Shown here: positions 58,245-64,000 of the stretch, piece after piece
Position numbering within the stretch: the first letter of the stretch is position 1
Layout of the letters: every line of letters begins with the position of its first letter
Position numbers and translations under genes: made by a program
Notes under the pieces: generated by a model
Told to the model about the DNA's origin: nothing
Database searches by the model: none
Seen by the model: only the letters and a program-made list of their open reading frames with translations
Assembly: GCA_963718005.1 (NCBI GenBank)
Contig: CAVQXV010000008.1
Span: forward strand, 82,557-146,556
Length of the DNA stretch: 64,000 bases
Direction: 5' to 3'
Source of the DNA: an uncultured Gemmatimonadales bacterium
GTDB lineage: Bacteria > Gemmatimonadota > Gemmatimonadetes > Gemmatimonadales > JACORV01

Positions 58245-59363
58245 ATGATGCGGGTGCACACGTTCGACGAGTGGATCGACTACTTCCGGGTCTGGCAGGC
58301 CGACCTCGGCCTCGAGGCCAAGGAGCTTCGCGAGTTCAAGTTCGAGACCAAGTTCGGCGAGCCGGAAGCCGAGCAGATCGAGTTCGGGCACTTCAAGGGC
58401 CAGCGCAAATGGCCCACGGTGATGCACATCCCGGATCAGCGCATCCGCGACGCGCTCCAGAACCTGATCGTCTACCAGGGCGACACGGAGTTCGCCTCGG
58501 TCGAGCAGCAGCGCTCGCTGCTCGAGAACCCGCCGTCGTCCTACGACCTGCTCTCGATCATGCGGGTGATGGCCGAGGAGATGCGGCACGGCTGGCAGAT
58601 GTCGTACCTGCTGGTCGAGCACTTCGGCGAGGAGGGCAAGCGGGAAGCGCAGAAGCTGCTCGAGCGGCGCGCCGAGGAGGGCAAGCGGCTGCTGGGCTCG
58701 TTCAACGAGCGGGTGGACAACTGGCTCGACTTCTTCACCTACACCCAGTTCATCGACCGCGACGGGAAGTTCCAGCTCAAGATGCTCTCGACCTCGGCGT
58801 TCCATCCGCTGGCGCGCTCGATGGGCCCGATGCTGAAGGAGGAGTCGTACCACCTGGGCACCGGGAACAACGGCCTGCTCCGGATCGTGAAGGCCGGCCG
58901 GATCCCGACCGAGATCATCCAGCGGTTCTTCAACAAGTGGGTGCCCACGGCGTTCGACCTGTTCGGCACCGACAACTCGTCCTCGGCGCAGTGGGCCTAC
59001 GAGTGGGGCCTCAAGGGCCGGTTCGACGAGCGGGAGAACCAGGCCGACGCGAACAAGGCGCACCTCAACGAGGCGTCGCGGGGCCTGTATCGCGACGAGA
59101 TCTGCCGGCTGGTGGACCGCCTCAACCAGCTGATCCCCGACCGCGAGCGCTGGCTCGAGGTGCCCGCGCTGCAGTTCAACCGGCGCATCGGGCAGTGGGG
59201 GCAGCAGTGCTTCACGGTGGACGGCAAGCCGATGGAGCGCGAGCGCTACGCCGCCTATCTCGCCTCGGTGACCCCCAGCCCGGCCGACCGCGCGCAGTTG
59301 GTCGAGCTGTTCAAGGAACCCGACTGGATAGCCCCGAAGAAGGGCGATAGTATGGACGCGTGA
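58245..59363 (+). CDS. BoxB-like aryl-CoA diiron epoxidase (short, 372 aa)
   Basis: QGDTEFASVEQQR, EEMRH, DRDGKFQL, PLAR..EESYH follow the BoxB ligand pattern. Confidence 0.85.
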   Translation: MMRVHTFDEWIDYFRVWQADLGLEAKELREFKFETKFGEPEAEQIEFGHFKGQRKWPTVMHIPDQRIRDALQNLIVYQGDTEFASVEQQRSLLENPPSSYDLLSIMRVMAEEMRHGWQMSYLLVEHFGEEGKREAQKLLERRAEEGKRLLGSFNERVDNWLDFFTYTQFIDRDGKFQLKMLSTSAFHPLARSMGPMLKEESYHLGTGNNGLLRIVKAGRIPTEIIQRFFNKWVPTAFDLFGTDNSSSAQWAYEWGLKGRFDERENQADANKAHLNEASRGLYRDEICRLVDRLNQLIPDRERWLEVPALQFNRRIGQWGQQCFTVDGKPMERERYAAYLASVTPSPADRAQLVELFKEPDWIAPKKGDSMDA

Positions 59364-60049
59364 GCCGGCCGCTCATCATCGCGCACCGCGGCGCCGCGGG
59401 CTACGAGGTGGAGAATTCGCTCGCCGCGTTCCGGGCGGCGGGCGAGCTGGGCGCCGACGCGGTCGAGCTGGACATCCACTCCACCGCGGACGGCGCCCTC
59501 GTCGTGCATCACGGCGAGACGATCGGCGACCACCACATCGCCCACCTGTCGCTGGCCGACATCCGCGAGCATCCGCTGGCCAACGGGGAGCCCATCCCCA
59601 CCCTGCCCGAGGCGCTGGCGCTCATCGTTCCCAGGATGATCGCCTACGTCGAGATCAAGTTCGTGGCCAAGGCGTGGGACGACCGGCTGTTCGAGGCGAT
59701 CGAGCGCTCGGGCGCCCCGGAGCGCATCGCGCTGCACGCCTTCGACCACCGCATCATCCGGCGCATGGGCGAGAAGCGGCCGTTCATCCGGCGCGGCGTG
59801 CTGTCGGCGTCGTACCCGGTGTATCCCGTGCGCACGCTCGAGGACGCCGACGCGACCATCCTGTGGCAGCACCATCACCACGTGGACGACGCGCTGGTCA
59901 CCAAGCTGCACGGCGCCGGCATGACGCTGCACGTCTGGACGGTGAACGATCCGGCCGAGGTCCGGCGCTTCCTGGCGCTGGGCGTGGACGGGATCTGCAC
60001 CGACTATCCCGACGTGGCGCGGGCGGCCTTCACCGGCCTGCCCGCGTGA
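59360..60049 (+). CDS. glycerophosphodiester phosphodiesterase family protein
   Basis: IAHRG, ENSLAAF, ELDIH, EIK, WTVND, GICTDYP. Confidence 0.92.
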   Translation: MSRPLIIAHRGAAGYEVENSLAAFRAAGELGADAVELDIHSTADGALVVHHGETIGDHHIAHLSLADIREHPLANGEPIPTLPEALALIVPRMIAYVEIKFVAKAWDDRLFEAIERSGAPERIALHAFDHRIIRRMGEKRPFIRRGVLSASYPVYPVRTLEDADATILWQHHHHVDDALVTKLHGAGMTLHVWTVNDPAEVRRFLALGVDGICTDYPDVARAAFTGLPA

Positions 60050-60904
60050 GCGACGTCGCGGCCGTCGCCGTCATCGGCGCCGGCACGATGGGCCACGGCA
60101 TCGCGCAGGTGGCGGCGCAGGCGGGCTACGCGGTGCGCCTGACCGACACCGTGCCCGGCGCGGTGCGCGCGGGGCTGGAGCGGATCCGGGCCAACCTCGA
60201 CGGCGGCGTGCAGCGCGGCAAGCTGACCGCGGCCGAGCGCGACGCCGCGCTGGCGCGCATCGAGCCCGCCGCCGGCCCGGCCGAGGCGGCCCGGGGCGCT
60301 GGTCTCGTGATCGAGGCCGCGCCGGAGGACCTCGAGATCAAGCGCGCCCTGTTCGCCGCGCTCGCCGTCGCGGCGCCGGCGGCCGTGCTGGCCACCAACA
60401 CCTCCTCGCTCTCCGTCGCCGCCATCGCCTCCGCCGCCGCACGCCCCGAGCGGGTCGTCGGGATGCACTTCTTCAACCCGGTGCACCTCATGAAGCTGGT
60501 CGAGGTGGTCACGCACGCGGGCACCAGCGCCGCAGGCGCGCGACACCGCGGTCGCGGCCGCGGGCCGCATGGGCAAGGAGCCGATCGTCGTGCGCGACTC
60601 GCCCGGCTTCGCGTCGAGCCGGCTGGGCGTGGCCATCGGGCTCGAGGCGATCCGCATGCTGGAGGAGGGCGTGGCATCGGTCGAGGACATCGACCGCGCG
60701 ATGACGCTGGGCTACAACCACCCGGTGGGGCCCCTCAAGCTCACCGACATGGTCGGACTCGACGTGCGGCTCGCCATCGCCCGCTACCTGCACGCGCAGC
60801 TGGGCGCGCGCTTCGCGCCCCCCGCCCTGCTCGAGCGGATGGTGGCCGAGGGCAAGCTGGGCCGGAAGAGCGGCCAGGGGTTCTATCCGTGGCCCGACCG
60901 ATGA
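60046..60904 (+). CDS. 3-hydroxyacyl-CoA dehydrogenase (PaaH/Hbd-like)
   Basis: GAGTMGHGIA, TNTSSL, GMHFFNP, DMVGLD, GRKSGQGFY. Confidence 0.93.
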
Positions 60905-61833
60905 GCGCGGCGAGTGGCGCGCCCCTGGACCCGGGCACCCGTGCTCTGGCAACCACCGGCAACTTGCCGTCTGGCAACTCGCTTCCGGGCATTACGGACG
61001 TCCACGTGCACATCCAGCCGTGGCGCCAGATGAAGCCGGAGGTGATGGAGGCGATGCGCCGCGGGAAGGAGGATCACTGGGAGTTCCTCCTCGCGCTGAT
61101 GGACGACCCGAAGGCCCTGCTCGACGTGATGGACCGCGCCGGCGTGTGGCGCGTCGGCCTGGTGAACTACCCGAGCCCCGACCTGATGGGTTTCACCGAC
61201 GAGACCAACGCGTTCGCGGTGCGCTACGCCGAGGCGGCGCCCGACCGGCTGCTTCCCTACGGCGGCGTGCACCCGCGCTTCACGGGCGACATCAAGGGCC
61301 ACGTGGACGAGCTGCTGGAAATCGGCATCCGCTGCCTCAAGATCCATCCGCCGCACCAGCTCTTTCCCGCCAACGCGCACACCCAGGGCATGCAGACCCT
61401 CGGCGCGCTGTACCGGCGCTGCGAGGATCGCGGTTTGCCGGTCATGGTGCACACCGGCACCAGCGTGTTTCCCGGCGCGCGCTGCAAGTACGGTCACCCG
61501 ATGGAGCTCGACGACGTCGCGGTGGACTTCCCCGACCTCACCATCCTGATGGCGCACGGCGGGCGGCCCCTGTGGATGGACGAGGCGTTCTTCATTCTCC
61601 GCCGGCACAAGAACGTGCACCTGGACGTCTCGGGCATCCCGCCGCTCAAGCTGCTGGAGTATTTCCCGCGGTTGGAGGAGGTGGCCGACCGGGTGCTGTG
61701 GGGCACCGACTGGCCGAGCCCCGGGGTGCACGAGATGCGGCGCAACATCGAGCAGTTCCTGTCGCTCGACCTGCCGAAGCAGGTCCAGGACCAGATCACC
61801 CGGGACAACGCGCTGAAGGTGTTTCCCGCTTAG
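60901..61833 (+). CDS. amidohydrolase-2 family metalloenzyme
   Basis: DVHVH, KIHPP, VHTG, AHGGRP, WGTDWP. Confidence 0.9.
   Translation: MSAASGAPLDPGTRALATTGNLPSGNSLPGITDVHVHIQPWRQMKPEVMEAMRRGKEDHWEFLLALMDDPKALLDVMDRAGVWRVGLVNYPSPDLMGFTDETNAFAVRYAEAAPDRLLPYGGVHPRFTGDIKGHVDELLEIGIRCLKIHPPHQLFPANAHTQGMQTLGALYRRCEDRGLPVMVHTGTSVFPGARCKYGHPMELDDVAVDFPDLTILMAHGGRPLWMDEAFFILRRHKNVHLDVSGIPPLKLLEYFPRLEEVADRVLWGTDWPSPGVHEMRRNIEQFLSLDLPKQVQDQITRDNALKVFPA
60943..60980 (-). repeat. family B single arm, in frame inside the amidohydrolase N-terminus
   Basis: minus strand GAGTTGCCAGACGGCAAGTTGCCGGTGGTTGCCAGAGC vs CAGTTGCCAGACGCCAAGTTGCAGTGGTTACCAGATG. Confidence 0.8.
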
Positions 61834-62198
61834 GCCGGCGGCGGCGCTCCGCCCGCGGACGGCGGGCTCGCGGCGCGTCGGCGGCCTGGCCCGCGTCTGG
61901 GCGGCGCTCGCGCGGCGGCCGGGGTTCCGCGCCGCTTCACCTCCGCGATCTGCGCCTCGAGCCGCGCGGCGGCCTCCTCGCCCTCGGCGATGCGGCGCGT
62001 GAGCGACTCGACGTCGCCCGGCGCCGGCGGCGTGCCCTTGGCCTGCCGGTAGGTGACGTAGCCCAGGTCTCGCGCGGCGGCATCCATGCGCCGGCGCACC
62101 CGTGCCAACTCCACCCGCAGCTTGCCCTCGTCGAGCGCCTGGTTGGCCTTCTTCCCGAGGGTCTCGAGTCCGGCGGCGAACCTGTCGAAGAGACTCAT
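61830..62198 (-). CDS. hypothetical coiled-coil protein
   Basis: SD GGAGG; amphipathic helices MSLFDRF..KLRVELARVRRRMD..DLGYVTY. Confidence 0.7.
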   Translation of the reverse strand: MSLFDRFAAGLETLGKKANQALDEGKLRVELARVRRRMDAAARDLGYVTYRQAKGTPPAPGDVESLTRRIAEGEEAAARLEAQIAEVKRRGTPAAARAPPRRGPGRRRAASPPSAGGAPPPA

Positions 62199-64000
62199 GG
62201 CGTCCTCCCGTGGGATACCCTACGGGCCCCGCCGGGTGCGGGTTGCAGCGGATCGAGCACGACGCCTTCCCAGACGGTGACGTCGTCCACCAGGGACAGC
62301 GTGCCGATGGACCGGCCGGCGATCACCAGCGTCCAGCGGGACCCGGGGGTCGCGCTCACGTGCGCCGGCGGCACCTCCTCGATCCCGTCGGCGAACCAGC
62401 GGACCTGTCCGCCCGGATAGGCGACCAGGCGATAGCGATGCCAGGCGCCGTCGGCCAGGCGGCGCGGCAGGGGCACGAACGTGGAGGACGGGCCCGCGTC
62501 CGAGACCACCGCCATCATCTGGCGACGGGCGTCGTTCGGGTTGGGAGCCTCGAGCGAGACGGCCGCCACGTTCGACGCCGGCTCCGGCCCGTACCCCTGG
62601 TGGAAGGAGTCGGCGGGCGCGGTGTAGAGGCCGACCTTGACCGACTGCCACAGCGGCCGGCCGACGGGTATCTGGGCCCAATACTCCACCGTGAGGCCGC
62701 GGTCGAGCGAGAGCGCTCTCTTGAGCGCGATGCCGCTGGCGTGCGAGTACGAGCCGCGGTTGAGGAAGCCGCTCGAGCCGTTGCGGCCGGATCCGACGAC
62801 GACCTCGGGCAGCGGGGTCCCGTAGATGCGCCATTGGGCCGGATCGAGGCCGCGCTCGAAGTCCTCGGTCAGCAGGACGCGCGCCGGGATCGCATCCACC
62901 CGGACGTACGAGGTGTCGTCGATCCGCTCGAGGCCGGTGCTGGCGATGACGGCGGCGCTGCCCCGGCCGATCGGCGATCACGACGCCGTCCTCGTCCACC
63001 CGCACGACGGAGGAGTCGGTCGTGAGCCACTGCACCTGCTCCGGACCGAGCCGCTCCCCGGACGGGCCCACGCCCTCGACCCGCAGCGTGCGGGAGTCGC
63101 CGACGGTGAGCGTGAGCGAGTCGGGCTCGACGTTCAGCTTGTGGAGCGGCGGCGCGGAGCCGGGGGTCGTCCAGGCCACCAGGCGCGGCGGCGCCGCGAA
63201 GCTCGCCACGAGGCGGGGCTCGTTGCGTCCGTCGCGGTCCACCACGTACACGCCCGGCGCCCGCCCGCCCACCGACACCGCCACGTAGCGCCCGTCGGCC
63301 GACCAGACGGGGCCGCTCACGACGGCGCCCGGGAACGTCACGTTGGTGGGCCAGCTCTGCGGCCGGGCCACGCCGAGGCGCAGGACGTGGGTGTCCTCGA
63401 GCAGGCAGGCGAGCCGTTCCCCGTTCGGCGACCAGGTCACCTTGGTGGAGCGGTCGCACCAGTCGATGACGGCGAGCACCCGGCCCGACAGGTCCACGAT
63501 CGCCGCCTCCGAGCGCCGGTCGCGGGTGCGGAGCAGCAGGATCTTGTCGCCCATCGGGGACGACCACGCGCCGTCGTAGGCCGCGGAATCGCGCGAGATG
63601 GTGCGGATCACGCGGCCGCCGGCGTCGAGCAGCAGCAGGTCGTGCGCGTACCCGCCGCCGGGCGTCGCGCGGCCGCGCAGCACGATGAGGGCCGAGCCGT
63701 CGGGCAGCCAGCCGACGGGGGCCACGTCGCCGTCGAACTTGGCGAACAGCGCGGTGGCTCCGGTGACCAGGTTGCGGAGGCACAGGGCGACGGGGTCCAC
63801 GTCCGGCAGGTTGCAGACGACGGCGGCGGCCTTGAGATCGGGCCGGATCGTGTTGGGGTACAGGCCCTCGCGCGTGGGCGCCGGCAGCGAGCTCAGCGGC
63901 GCGGCGCTGCCCGACGAACGCGGCGTTCACCGTGAGCGCGCGCACGGAGTCCGGCCGCCCCGGCATCCCCCAGCCGATGGCGATGTTCGCGCCGCCGAGC
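62195..64000 (-). CDS. large protein with TolB-like propeller, Ig-like (Big_2) and LamG/ConA-like domains (5' end outside window; frameshift near 62970)
   Basis: WLPDG/WSPNG/WSADG repeats; VEPDSLTLTVGD..W.TTDSSVVRVDEDGVV; LTEDFE..DGAWHRY..VDDVTVW. Confidence 0.7.

Noticed and set aside
58245-59363. Calling the diiron gene paaA or assigning the symbol boxB outright
   Set aside because: Motifs follow BoxB rather than PaaA, but length and context differ from canonical boxB, so no symbol was given.

Overview
Very GC-rich bacterial chromosomal segment. Gene order and protein styles suggest Gemmatimonadota (inference). The sequence has many single-base indels, densest in 1-22.5 kb, which split essential genes and are best read as long-read consensus errors, so genes were rebuilt across frames and many boundaries are approximate. 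Contents: nuoA-N followed by PMM/PGM and a UPF0182 gene; dcd; a YciI / orphan GroES-like / lipoprotein truncated-haemoglobin operon; sdhCAB; mdh, trmL, moaED, M61 peptidase, hup; a minus-strand housekeeping run (icd-pepA-OM protein-yicC-gmk-rpoZ-coaBC-udg-dnaB-radA-ispD-tsaC-LMW-PTP-aroE-comF-gap-pgk-tpiA-secG-carA); a small accessory islet at the 3' end of tRNA-Leu(CAA); an ECF sigma/anti-sigma/Spy-like module; and a TetR-led aromatic acyl-CoA catabolic operon. Two things stand out. (1) The operon at 53.2-61.8 kb pairs a short BoxB-type diiron epoxidase with a paa-type lower pathway and a PaaR-like operator, with no boxA/boxC or paaABCDE in the window. (2) At least four families of short-unit (7-12 bp) repeats occur. 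Two build oriented ~140-160 bp intergenic palindromes, and fragments sit inside coding sequences (udg, amidohydrolase, nuoE, thiolase, aroE), with no mobilising enzyme in the window.
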